NCBI RefSeq assembly: GCF_022701215.1 | Contig: NZ_CP089976.1 | Span: forward strand, 570,001 to 602,000 | Length of the DNA stretch: 32,000 bases | Reading direction: 5' to 3' | DNA from: Moraxella nasovis | Lineage (GTDB): Bacteria > Pseudomonadota > Gammaproteobacteria > Pseudomonadales > Moraxellaceae | Shown here: positions 1 to 8,777 of the stretch, piece after piece | Numbering within the stretch: position 1 is the first letter of the stretch | Layout: the number at the start of each line of letters is the position of its first letter | Program-made: the position numbers and the translations under genes | Notes under the pieces: model-generated | Told to the model about the DNA's origin: nothing | The model's database searches: none | What the model saw: the letters and a program-made list of their open reading frames with translations, nothing else

Positions 1-2086
1 TCAAGAAGTGCAGGGCGACAATAAAACGAGCATTAAATTTATCGGCAAAACCGACACCGATGATGTGATTTTTGAATTAAACGAAAACGGCAAAAAACAA
101 ACTTTTACTTTATCCAAAGGCGATAGTTTAAAGCATATTCATCATGCCATTGATGATTTGGTGATTACCGATATTCACGCCAAAAAGTCGCTTGTGGTTC
201 TAAATGGCGAATTTGAATTACAACTAAACGAAACTTTTAAGCCGTATTCTTATGCCAATTTGGTAACGGATACAATGATAAGCCAAGCGGTTCGCACGCA
301 TTTTGATAATGAAAAAATCCTGCTAAACCGTGATGACAAAATCAAACCCTTAACGCTGTTTTTTATTGACGATATTAAAGGCTACCGAGACGGCGATAAT
401 GTTTCAGGCAGTTTGAAAAACCGTTTTGAACAGATTGTCCAAGTCGAAGCCGAGCGAGCATTACAGACGGCAGAAGTTGGCACGGCGTTTTATCGGTCGC
501 TCCAAACTGTGCTAAAAGACGTATCTGCCACGCACGGCGGTTATTTCTCCAAAGATAACAGCACTGATGATGAGAACATCGCCCAACAAATCAGCGAGAT
601 TTTGCACGATAAAGAAAGTCTGTTGTCGCTAAACAATCCACGCCGTTTTATTTTTTCAAAATGGACACTGCGTGAAGGCTGGGATAATCCGAATGTGTTC
701 GGTATTTGTAAATTACGCTCTAGCGGTTCTGACACCAGTAAATTGCAAGAAGTGGGGCGGGGCTTAAGACTGCCTGTCAATGAATATATGAGCCGTGTCA
801 AAAATAGCGATTTTAAATTGCATTATTTTGTGGATAGCTCCGAGAGTGATTTTGTGGAAACACTTAAGGCTGAGATTAACCAAAGTGGCGAGCGTGAAGT
901 GATACCAACGGCGTTAAATGATGACTTATTTGTCAAAATCCAAAATCATTATGATGAAAGCAAAAAACAAATCCGCCAAAAATTAGCCGATTTATTGGAC
1001 GATGATGATAATTTGGTGGGCGATGATGTTTTGGCACAATTAAAAGCGATTTATCCGCTTGCCTTTACCGCTCAAAAACTAAAAGGCGATAAAATCACCA
1101 ATGTTAATGATAAACGCAAAAACACTGCCAATTTGCGTGTGGGCAAATACGATGAATTAAAAGACTTGTGGAAGGCGATTAACCAAAAAGCGATTTTGCG
1201 TTATGAGATGACAGAAAATCAAACGCTTGATTTATTCAAAGCGTTTTTGGTGGAAAACCAAAGCAAATTTACCGCCACAGGCATTGCCGTTAAAACGCAA
1301 ACGCTCATAAAAATTGATGAAAATACCGTTGGTTTTAAGGAGATTGCCAGCGTGGAAAATGCCGTTTTTGAACCGATTAACACCCTAAACTATCGTGAGT
1401 TTTTACAAAAACTTGCCCAACAATCCTACATTAAAATACAAACCCTTCACCAAGCGTTTTATGAGTTGCAGGATACAATTGAGATTGGGCGGTTTTTAAA
1501 TGATGACACGATACGCTTTATTGTCGGTGGGTTTGATGGTTATCTGTTACAACACTCTTTGAGTAAATTTGAAATCGGTTATCAAAAAATCAGCGGTCAA
1601 ATTCACCCAACCAAATTGACCGACAAACAAGGCAATGCCCTGCCTGAAATTGAGATTAACCAAGATTGGGGCGTACTTACTGATGAAAAACCGTTAGACA
1701 ACTTTTTGTTTGATAGAGTGTTTTTTGACAGTCAGATTGAAAAACAAAATATTGTTGAAAATAATGGAGTGGATACGACCGAGATTATCGTGTTTACCAA
1801 AATCCCCAAAAATGCCATTAAAATCCCTGTGGCAGGTGGTAAGACTTATTCGCCTGATTTTGCTTATATTGTCAAAACAGCTAAAGGTGAGACATTAAAT
1901 CTGGTGATAGAAAGCAAAGGCGTGGCAGATGAAAGTGGCTTGCGCCAATTTGAGAACCAAAAAATCAAACACGCCCAAAGGTGGTTTTCTGCAATGAATG
2001 AGCAAAGTGGCATTGATGTGAAGTTTGTTACGCAGTTTGAGCAGGAGAAAATAAAAGATATTATCCAAAAGCTTATAATAAAGTAA
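1..2086 (+). CDS. res: Type III restriction endonuclease Res subunit, C-terminal ~690 aa. It is 5'-partial: the reading frame is open to the window edge.
   Basis: SF2 helicase late motifs are present (LTLFFIDDIKGYRD; FIFSKWTLREGWDNPNVF; QEVGRGLRLPVNE, the motif VI QxxGRxxR). A C-terminal PD-(D/E)xK nuclease motif follows (YSPDFAYIV...LNLVIESKG). No stop codon in frame between nt 2 and nt 8, so the GTG at 8 is not the true start. Confidence 0.8.
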   Translation, partial: QEVQGDNKTSIKFIGKTDTDDVIFELNENGKKQTFTLSKGDSLKHIHHAIDDLVITDIHAKKSLVVLNGEFELQLNETFKPYSYANLVTDTMISQAVRTHFDNEKILLNRDDKIKPLTLFFIDDIKGYRDGDNVSGSLKNRFEQIVQVEAERALQTAEVGTAFYRSLQTVLKDVSATHGGYFSKDNSTDDENIAQQISEILHDKESLLSLNNPRRFIFSKWTLREGWDNPNVFGICKLRSSGSDTSKLQEVGRGLRLPVNEYMSRVKNSDFKLHYFVDSSESDFVETLKAEINQSGEREVIPTALNDDLFVKIQNHYDESKKQIRQKLADLLDDDDNLVGDDVLAQLKAIYPLAFTAQKLKGDKITNVNDKRKNTANLRVGKYDELKDLWKAINQKAILRYEMTENQTLDLFKAFLVENQSKFTATGIAVKTQTLIKIDENTVGFKEIASVENAVFEPINTLNYREFLQKLAQQSYIKIQTLHQAFYELQDTIEIGRFLNDDTIRFIVGGFDGYLLQHSLSKFEIGYQKISGQIHPTKLTDKQGNALPEIEINQDWGVLTDEKPLDNFLFDRVFFDSQIEKQNIVENNGVDTTEIIVFTKIPKNAIKIPVAGGKTYSPDFAYIVKTAKGETLNLVIESKGVADESGLRQFENQKIKHAQRWFSAMNEQSGIDVKFVTQFEQEKIKDIIQKLIIK

Positions 2087-2434
2087 CGCCAAAGCCAAGT
2101 TGTATTTTACCATCAAAGATGGTGTTGGTTTTAAGAGCCAATTTGTATTTTATTATAAGCTTGATTTTATGATAAGATAAGAATACTGTATTTGGTTCTA
2201 CTGCATTTATAAAAGCACAAAATATTCAAGTAGTTTTAACTTAAGCTTTTTGTTGTGTTATCATAAGTTTGGCTTTATGATATAAGTGAGTGTCAGTGTT
2301 ATTTTAGTACACCCCTATAAATAAAGATACTTGATAAGCCAAAATATTTTTTACCCTTTTTAAGCATAAATCATTTCAAAGGTGTAAAATCATGTTTTGA
2401 GCGGATATTTAAGCCGTTCGCCCCTGTCTTTGTT

Positions 2435-3043
2435 GTGGATAAAGCCATCGTAGCGTTGGCAAGCGATGAAGTGGCACAGGCATTTTTGGCTTGGTTGGAC
2501 AGATTGCAAGAATTGGGGTGTGCCATCGTCTTTAAGACAATCCAAGCCCTACATGACAGCTTGCACTTAATTGAGCAGCAGTGGCTTGGTTCAGCCGAAG
2601 CTTATGCACTGCATCAGCATTTATTAGACAGCCATCAAGCTAGGTTATTAGACAGACGAATTAAAAATCGCCTAAGTCTTGCCAAAGATATCCACGCCAG
2701 CACCCAAATACGGCTGTATCAGCAGCGTCAAAAATTACAAAGCCGCCTAAGTGATGAGCTTGGCGATCATCTTTTGTTGATGCCAACGGTGGCTCATGTC
2801 GCCCCTTTAATTGATGAATTACAAAATGATGATGAGAAATTTGCGATTGTCAATGCCCAAACCTTAAAACTGACGATGATTGGTAGCTTTTTGGATGTGC
2901 CGACTATGAATATCCCAATTGCGTTTAACCAAGCTCATCTTGCCATCGGTGCTTCAATGAGTGCCAAACAAGGCTTGGAGACTAAAATTTTGCAGTACGC
3001 TGTTTGTATTGAGCATCTAGGTGCTTATGCTCTTAATCCCTAA
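2435..3043 (+). pseudogene. Amidase-signature family (GatA/AtzE-like) amidase, C-terminal ~200 aa fragment only. The N-terminal catalytic half is missing.
   Basis: The translation matches the C-terminal pattern of amidase-signature enzymes (DHLLLMPTVAHVAPLIDEL...; LDVPTMNIPIAFNQ...AIGASMSAKQGLETKILQYAVCIEHL). The GGSSGG/Ser-cisSer-Lys region is absent. The frame is open only back to 2321 (stop at 2318-2320), with no ATG and no RBS. The upstream 348 bp is AT-rich non-coding sequence. Confidence 0.6.
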
Positions 3044-3119
3044 GTTTGACAAACTTAGATTCACGACCGCCAAGTATTTTTTTACTTTGGTGATTAACAC
3101 GAACAAAAGGAGTTTTTTT

Positions 3120-4001
3120 ATGGCGAAAGAAATTTTCGTATCGTTTGGCATTGATGTAGATGCTGTTGCAGGTTGGTTGGGTTCATATGGCGGCGAAGAT
3201 TCGCCTGATGATATTTCTCGAGGATTGTTTGCAGGAGAGGTGGCTACGCCCCGCTTGTTGGACTTATTTGACAAAGAAGGGTTGACGACATCTTGGTTTA
3301 TTCCGGGACATTCGGTAGAAACCTTCCCCAAGCAGATGCAAATGGTGGCTGATGCAGGGCATGAAATTGGTATTCATGGTTATAGCCATGAAAATCCCAT
3401 TGCCATGACTCGTGAGCAAGAAGAAGCGGTATTAAATAAATCCTTTGATTTGATTACCAAGCTTGCTGGTAAGGCACCGACAGGCTATGTGGCTCCGTGG
3501 TGGGAATTTAGTAATGTTACCAATGAGTTGCTCCTTGCCAAAGGCATCAAGTACGACCACAGCTTAATGCACAATGATTTTACCCCCTACTATGTGCGTG
3601 TTGGCGACTCTTGGACGAAGATTGATTATAGTCAGCACCCAGACACTTGGATGAAGCCTTTGGTGCGTGGGCAGGAGACGGATTTGATTGAAGTGCCTGC
3701 CAGCTGGTATTTGGACGATTTGCCACCGATGATGTTCATCAAAAAGTCGCCCAATAGTCATGGCTTTGTTAATCCACGTCATATAGAAGAGATGTGGCGT
3801 GATCAATTTGACTGGGTCTATGCCAATATGGATTATGCGGTATTTCCAATCACCATCCACCCTGATGTCTCAGGTCGCCCCCAAGTACTTTTGATGTTAG
3901 AACGCCTAATCAAGCACTTTAAGGCACACGATGGGGTCAAGTTTGTTACCATGAATGAGATTGCTGATGATTTTGCCAAACGCAATCCACGCCAAAAATA
4001 A
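3120..4001 (+). CDS. Polysaccharide deacetylase / NodB-homology (CE4) family metal-dependent hydrolase, PuuE- or cyclic-imidase-like, 293 aa
   Basis: NodB-type motifs are present: FGIDVDAV (Asp-x-Asp), [13 protein letters not shown] (His-x-x-x-His) and [14 protein letters not shown] 3120 is preceded by AAAGGAG 7-8 nt upstream. The ORF-track start at 3021 is an unsupported N-terminal extension. Confidence 0.8.
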   Translation: MAKEIFVSFGIDVDAVAGWLGSYGGEDSPDDISRGLFAGEVATPRLLDLFDKEGLTTSWFIPGHSVETFPKQMQMVADAGHEIGIHGYSHENPIAMTREQEEAVLNKSFDLITKLAGKAPTGYVAPWWEFSNVTNELLLAKGIKYDHSLMHNDFTPYYVRVGDSWTKIDYSQHPDTWMKPLVRGQETDLIEVPASWYLDDLPPMMFIKKSPNSHGFVNPRHIEEMWRDQFDWVYANMDYAVFPITIHPDVSGRPQVLLMLERLIKHFKAHDGVKFVTMNEIADDFAKRNPRQK

Positions 4002-4045
4002 ATCTTAATTCATGTTTCAAAATTCACACTCAAAAAAGAGAGGTT

Positions 4046-4076
4046 AAAAAGAGAAGTTCAATCGCTTCTCTTTTTT
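4046..4076 (+). terminator. Rho-independent terminator after the NodB-fold hydrolase gene
   Basis: AAAAAGAGAAG (4046-4056), 8-nt loop, CTTCTCTTTTTT (4065-4076). The GAGAAG/CTTCTC stem is extended by A/T pairs and followed by a T-run. Confidence 0.6.
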
Positions 4077-4205
4077 AAAAAACCACCAATACCAATTGAT
4101 GGGTGCTTGTTACACCAAAAACTAAGCAATCAAAATATCATCCAATGATTTTTATTTTATAAAAAGTGTTATTAAGGTTCAACACGCTAATAATAGGAAT
4201 TTTTT

Positions 4206-4523
4206 ATGTGTGGTCTTTGTGGTCTGATAGAAGAGCAGACAGATTGGACAAACAGCTTGCGTAAAAAAGAGATGCCACGCCGTCAAGACCGTTACCAACG
4301 CTTAAAGCTGCTCAATCAAATCATCGCACCTTATCGCATTAGGGTGTCTGATGTGCATGGCGTGAATTATCTGCTCCAAACCGCCACAGGCAAACAGCAG
4401 ATTGTCAATGGGCTTGATGAGCTGTGGCTTGCGGTGAAATCGCTGAGCAATCAGTGTTTTGATGTTTTGGACGATACTTATTTAGGGCAATTGCAACAAG
4501 CGATGCCAAAGGCTGGTATATGA
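4206..4523 (+). CDS. Hypothetical small protein (105 aa) with an N-terminal MCGLCG (CxxC) motif, translationally coupled to the downstream COG0523 GTPase
   Basis: AGGAA lies 8 nt upstream of the ATG. The stop overlaps the next start (ATGA at 4520-4523). I recognise no family. Confidence 0.5.
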   Translation: MCGLCGLIEEQTDWTNSLRKKEMPRRQDRYQRLKLLNQIIAPYRIRVSDVHGVNYLLQTATGKQQIVNGLDELWLAVKSLSNQCFDVLDDTYLGQLQQAMPKAGI

Positions 4524-5518
4524 CATTAGCCACTCTCATTCCCGTTCATATTATTACAGGCTTTTTGGGCAGTGGCAAGACCACTTTTATCCAGCAGATT
4601 TTAAGCAACAACCAAAACCATCAAACTTTGGTGATGATCAATGAATTTGGCGAGATAGGCTTGGATCATCTGCTTATTGAACCTGTATCGGATAATACTT
4701 ATCTACTGCCTTCTGGCTGTATGTGCTGCACTGTCTTAACCGACATTAAGCATACGTTGGTAGAGATTTTGCGTGAGCTTAAAACAGGGCAAATGCCTTA
4801 TTTTGACAAAGTCATCATAGAAACGACAGGGCTTGCCAATCCTGCTGCCATATTAAGCTTATTTAATCATGATGTACATCTTAAAAATCATTTTAGCGTG
4901 CATGGTTTGACCACCGTGGTGGACAGCGAGTTTGCTCTGTCACAAGCCCACACCCAGCCTGAGTGGTTGGCACAAATAACCGCCTGCCAGCAGATTGTTT
5001 TGAGTAAGACTGACCGCATAGACCACGCCCAATTACCTGCCCTACAAGCGTATTTGAACACATTAAATCCTGATGCAAGCTTTGTGGATAGGGCGATATT
5101 GAGTGATGTACACGCCTTATTCGCCAAGGATTTGTCTTTTATTTCATCACTCAACCCAAGATTTTTTCAAGCCGTTGAACAACAAAAACATCAAGCAGTC
5201 CAAAGCATCGTCCTAGAATATGACAAGGCAATTGATTGGGCGGTGTTTGGTTTGTGGTTAAGTTTGCTTTTGAATCAATATGGCGAGCATATTTTAAGAA
5301 TTAAGGGCATGCTCTACTTAGATAATGTGGATCAGCCGATTTTTATCCATGGTGTGCAGCATTGTCTATATCCACCAGAACATCTGTCCAAACCCTTGTG
5401 GTCAAAGCAGGTTTCTAAATTGGTATTCATTTGCCGTGGTATTGATTGTCAGCAGATTCGCCATTCGGCTGATACTTTTTTGGGCAGTATTGGCTGTATG
5501 AAGATTGCAAGCGCATGA
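4520..5518 (+). CDS. G3E-family P-loop GTPase, COG0523 (CobW/YjiA/ZigA-like putative metallochaperone)
   Basis: N-terminal Walker A (GFLGSGKTT), the diagnostic CxCC metal motif (GCMCC), ETTGLANP, and a CobW_C-like C-terminal domain (LRIKGMLYL...IFIHGVQH). Confidence 0.85.
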   Translation: MTLATLIPVHIITGFLGSGKTTFIQQILSNNQNHQTLVMINEFGEIGLDHLLIEPVSDNTYLLPSGCMCCTVLTDIKHTLVEILRELKTGQMPYFDKVIIETTGLANPAAILSLFNHDVHLKNHFSVHGLTTVVDSEFALSQAHTQPEWLAQITACQQIVLSKTDRIDHAQLPALQAYLNTLNPDASFVDRAILSDVHALFAKDLSFISSLNPRFFQAVEQQKHQAVQSIVLEYDKAIDWAVFGLWLSLLLNQYGEHILRIKGMLYLDNVDQPIFIHGVQHCLYPPEHLSKPLWSKQVSKLVFICRGIDCQQIRHSADTFLGSIGCMKIASA

Positions 5519-5672
5519 TAGTGAGCCTTATGGTTTATCAAGGGTGTTAAACTTTACAATTATCTGTATGGATAACACCATCAGCCTTGATTTTACTAAT
5601 GATAGGCATAAGCATATTTTTTCGTGTCTTTAATAAGTGTGGTAAAACCTTACCGTTGTATTTGGAGCAGTC

Positions 5673-6503
5673 ATGACCCAAGCTATCCCCCAATTTATCA
5701 TAGACGCATTCACCGACAGCGTTTTTGGCGGTAATCCTGCGGCAGTGTGTCTTTTGGATACACCCTTGCCTGACGAGACTTTGCAAAACATCGCCAAAGA
5801 AAACAATTTATCTGAAACCGCTTACATTCTAAAAAAAGACAACGGCAATTATCATCTGCGTTGGTTTACGCCAACAAGCGAGATTGATTTGTGCGGACAC
5901 GCCACGCTCGCCAGTGCTTTTGTATTATTCAACTGCGTGGGCGTGGTAGGCGATACGGTCAAATTTGATACGTTAAGCGGAGAGCTTACCGTACAACAAG
6001 TGGGTGTCAAACTCAAAATGACTTTTCCTGCCTACACGCTAAAAAATATGGCAATCACAGACGAATTGATTGCCAAAATCAAAAACGCTTTAGGGGATAG
6101 CATAGCCCACGCCCTGCAAAGCGTGTATTTGGCGAGAGATTTACTGATTGTGGTTGATGACGAAAAACTTGTGCGTGAATGCACACCTGATTTTGCCAAA
6201 CTGACCGAATTGGACGGAGCGTTGTGCCATATCACCGCACCATCTCACGGCAAATTTGACTGCGTTTCTAGAAGTTTTGCCCCAAAATTTGGCATTAATG
6301 AAGACCCTGTCTGCGGTGCGGGGCATTGCCATATTGTGCCGTTTTGGTCAAAAACGCTTGGCAAAGTGGGCATTACCGCCTATCAAGCGTCCGAACGTGG
6401 CGGAATTTTGTACTGCAACGACTTAGGCGAGCGTGTGGAATTGTCTGGGCAAGCGGTAATGTTTGGGCGTGGCAAGATTTATATTGGGGCTAAACTAGAT
6501 TAA
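5673..6503 (+). CDS. PhzF-family isomerase-like protein
   Basis: Typical PhzF N-terminus (FIIDAFTDSVFGGNPAAVCLL), SETAYI, LRWFTPTSEIDLCGHATLA, and EDPVCGAGHC near the C-terminus. GGAG RBS before the ATG. Confidence 0.85.
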   Translation: MTQAIPQFIIDAFTDSVFGGNPAAVCLLDTPLPDETLQNIAKENNLSETAYILKKDNGNYHLRWFTPTSEIDLCGHATLASAFVLFNCVGVVGDTVKFDTLSGELTVQQVGVKLKMTFPAYTLKNMAITDELIAKIKNALGDSIAHALQSVYLARDLLIVVDDEKLVRECTPDFAKLTELDGALCHITAPSHGKFDCVSRSFAPKFGINEDPVCGAGHCHIVPFWSKTLGKVGITAYQASERGGILYCNDLGERVELSGQAVMFGRGKIYIGAKLD

Positions 6504-6526
6504 GCTCAAACTCCACACCGTTTTTT

Positions 6527-6915
6527 AATATTTTAAGCTGATTACAGTTAAGCCATAGTTAAATCCAAACTTTAAGTCTTTGATAAGAAGATGGAAGTTT
6601 TCTTATCAATACCGTTGTATTTGCGTCGTGTACGCTTATCCTGCGACTAGAAGTTTTCTTGTGCTTTGATGTGATTAGCTCTGTTTTTTTTATCGGCAAA
6701 CTTTATTGAATGATTTATCAAAAAGTGTTTAAAACTCACTCACATCTAAGGCATTATACCCCTTGTAGCCATCTGCATAAACAATGCTATCAGGCTTAAT
6801 TAACGGGATGATAAGCATGAGCATTGTTTGTTTGGCGTCTTTAACAAGTGTCGTAAAACCTTGCTATGATATTTAAAAGACCAAAAATAAGTATCTTGCC
6901 ATCTGCCCCACCCTT
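6527..6915 (-). mobile_element. Decayed IS1595-family (IS1016-group) transposase remnant. It is 5'-truncated and carries several frameshifts and stops.
   Basis: I translated the minus strand by hand. Successive frames give KGGADGKILIFGLL / GFTTLVKDAKQTMLMLIIPLIKPDSIVYADGYKGYNALDVSEF* / ANHIKAQENF*SQDKRTRRKYNGID / ENFHLLIKDLKFGFNYG. This matches the conserved IS1016 transposase C-terminal half as I recall it (..AAGK..VFGLL..; PDSIVYTD..SY..LDVSEF; NHINGIENFW.QAKR.LRKFNGI; ENFHLFLKECE.RFN). No ORF of 60 aa or longer survives. Confidence 0.7.
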
Positions 6916-6974
6916 TCACCCCAGTCCTTTAAATAACTTTCATTAAGAGCCACTTATCTTATCAGTTTTTATTT

Positions 6975-7778
6975 TTAGGCAACCGCCCCATAAATTAGCT
7001 GGCAACCCACGAAGAATAACAAACACGCAAAGGCTTTTTTAAGTGTGGTAGCAGGCAGTTTATGAGCAAACTTTGCCCCAACCTTAGCCGTCATAAAACT
7101 CATGACACTCACCATCACAAAGGCAGGTAAATGTACAAACCCAACCAAACCTGCCACATTCATATTTTCAACCGCTGAGTGCCCAAACCACATAAACCCT
7201 ATCGCCCCTGCCAGTGCAATTGGTAAACCACACGCCGAACTTGTGCCGACCGCTTGCTTAATTGGTAAGCCGACATGGGTCAAATACGGCACAGTTAAGC
7301 TGCCACCACCAATACCAAACACCGCTGACATCGCACCAATAATCACCCCTGCCATGCCTTGTTCATAATCTTTTGGCAGGGGTCTGTTTTGTACTTGGTT
7401 TGCTTTTTTCATGAACATTTTAAGAGACATAGCGATAGCAAAAACCCCAATAATGCCTTGCAGATAATCCCCTTTAATTAAGGTTGCCACCCACGCCCCA
7501 AATAAACTACCAAGCACCAAACCCTTGGCAATGTTCTTAAAAATATCCCACCGCACACCGCCTTTTTTATGATGAGCACTCAAGGAGCTAATAGATGTGA
7601 TGATGATGGTTGCCAATGCCGTTCCTACCGCCACATGTGGTACAATCTCACTTGGCATACCATACGCCAAAAAAATCCACACCAAGGCTGGCACGATAAT
7701 CAAGCCACCGCCCACACCGAACAAGCCTGCACACAAGCCCGCCACTATCCCTGCTGCCATAAACCACACATACATCAT
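6975..7778 (-). CDS. TauE/SafE-family (DUF81) anion/sulfite exporter, multi-pass membrane protein
   Basis: Roughly 8 hydrophobic segments and two Gly-rich GxGGG motifs (GLFGVGGGLIIVP and VFGIGGGSLTVP), characteristic of the duplicated TauE fold. Confidence 0.85.
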   Translation of the reverse strand: MMYVWFMAAGIVAGLCAGLFGVGGGLIIVPALVWIFLAYGMPSEIVPHVAVGTALATIIITSISSLSAHHKKGGVRWDIFKNIAKGLVLGSLFGAWVATLIKGDYLQGIIGVFAIAMSLKMFMKKANQVQNRPLPKDYEQGMAGVIIGAMSAVFGIGGGSLTVPYLTHVGLPIKQAVGTSSACGLPIALAGAIGFMWFGHSAVENMNVAGLVGFVHLPAFVMVSVMSFMTAKVGAKFAHKLPATTLKKAFACLLFFVGCQLIYGAVA

Positions 7779-7841
7779 TGATTTTTCTCATCGGTATCAA
7801 AATATGCTATTATAGCCCAATTTTTGCTAAAAAAGACAGCA

Positions 7842-8777
7842 ATGACCAATCAAATCACCACAGAATGTCAGCAGATTATCGCTCACAGACATCGTCATTT
7901 TGACATCGTAGGTAGTACCAATACCCAGCTAATGACAGACATCTCCACAGGCAAGCTACCCTACACATATACCCTTTTATATACCGCCAACACACAAAAT
8001 GCTGGGCGTGGACAGCATGGACGCACTTGGGAAAGTGGCACTGATAACGTCTTTTTGTCGCTGTATACGCCCATCACCTACTACTCAGACAGTATAGGTC
8101 TAGATAAGCTTTCAGGGCTGCTATCCTTACTGGTTGGGCTACATTTATTAGATATACCAATCATCGCAAGCCTTAACGCTAAGCGGCACGCCCAAAAGCA
8201 GCCCACAATAGGCATAAAGTGGGCGAATGACTTAGGTTTTTATGATGAAATTGCACAAACGTTTTTTAAATTATCGGGTATTTTAATTGAGCCTGTGTTT
8301 TTTAAGTTGCAAGGTCAATCGCAGTTGGTGGGCGTTATTATAGGCGTTGGTATGAATGTCAAAAACACTCCTGTGATTAAAGATAAGCTATACCAAGCGA
8401 TTAGCTTACACAACTTAAGTGAAGATACGCCATCTGCACAGGCATTATACTTGCCGATAACCCAAGCAATACTGCAAGCCATCTTACACCATAACACGCT
8501 TAGCCATACTCAGAACACGGCTATTATTAGTCAATTCATCACGCAGTTTAATACGCATCATGTGCTAACTGGTCAATCAGTACAGATTTTCCCCCAAAAC
8601 AACAAAGAGCAAATCACCCATCAAGGCAAATGCCTTGGTATTGATTTAAATGGAGCTTTACTTGTGCAGTGCGATAAAACAGACACCATTCAAGCAGTTT
8701 TTGCTGGCACAGCCCAAATTACCCCTTATGCAGATAAATCATCAACCACACCACCTTATACGGATGTAATAACATGA
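7842..8777 (+). CDS. birA: Biotin-[acetyl-CoA-carboxylase] ligase. It appears to lack the N-terminal HTH repressor domain (group I type).
   Basis: GRGQHGRTWES biotin-binding loop (compare GRGRRGRxW). STNTQL is already at residue ~30, leaving no room for a wHTH. KWANDL is also present. ATG 7842 is preferred over TTG 7824. The stop overlaps the coaX start. Confidence 0.8.
   Translation: MTNQITTECQQIIAHRHRHFDIVGSTNTQLMTDISTGKLPYTYTLLYTANTQNAGRGQHGRTWESGTDNVFLSLYTPITYYSDSIGLDKLSGLLSLLVGLHLLDIPIIASLNAKRHAQKQPTIGIKWANDLGFYDEIAQTFFKLSGILIEPVFFKLQGQSQLVGVIIGVGMNVKNTPVIKDKLYQAISLHNLSEDTPSAQALYLPITQAILQAILHHNTLSHTQNTAIISQFITQFNTHHVLTGQSVQIFPQNNKEQITHQGKCLGIDLNGALLVQCDKTDTIQAVFAGTAQITPYADKSSTTPPYTDVIT

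Noticed and set aside
3021-3119. N-terminal extensions offered by the ORF track for the NodB hydrolase (3021), Sel1 protein (22658), tsaD (26165), DUF4105 protein (30524) and birA (7824)
   Set aside because: Internal ATGs with proper RBS, a signal peptide or a conserved family N-terminus (MAKEIF.., MKLLKAV.., [13 protein letters not shown].., MKLAQFF.., MTNQ..) are better starts. Some extensions would overlap neighbouring genes.
4077-4205. Zur box upstream of the small-ORF/COG0523 pair
   Set aside because: The best candidate is only a weak 5-bp-arm inverted repeat (GTGTT-N10-AACAC around 4167-4186). It does not match the GTTATA-N-TATAAC-type Zur consensus by eye. It needs a proper PWM scan before any claim.
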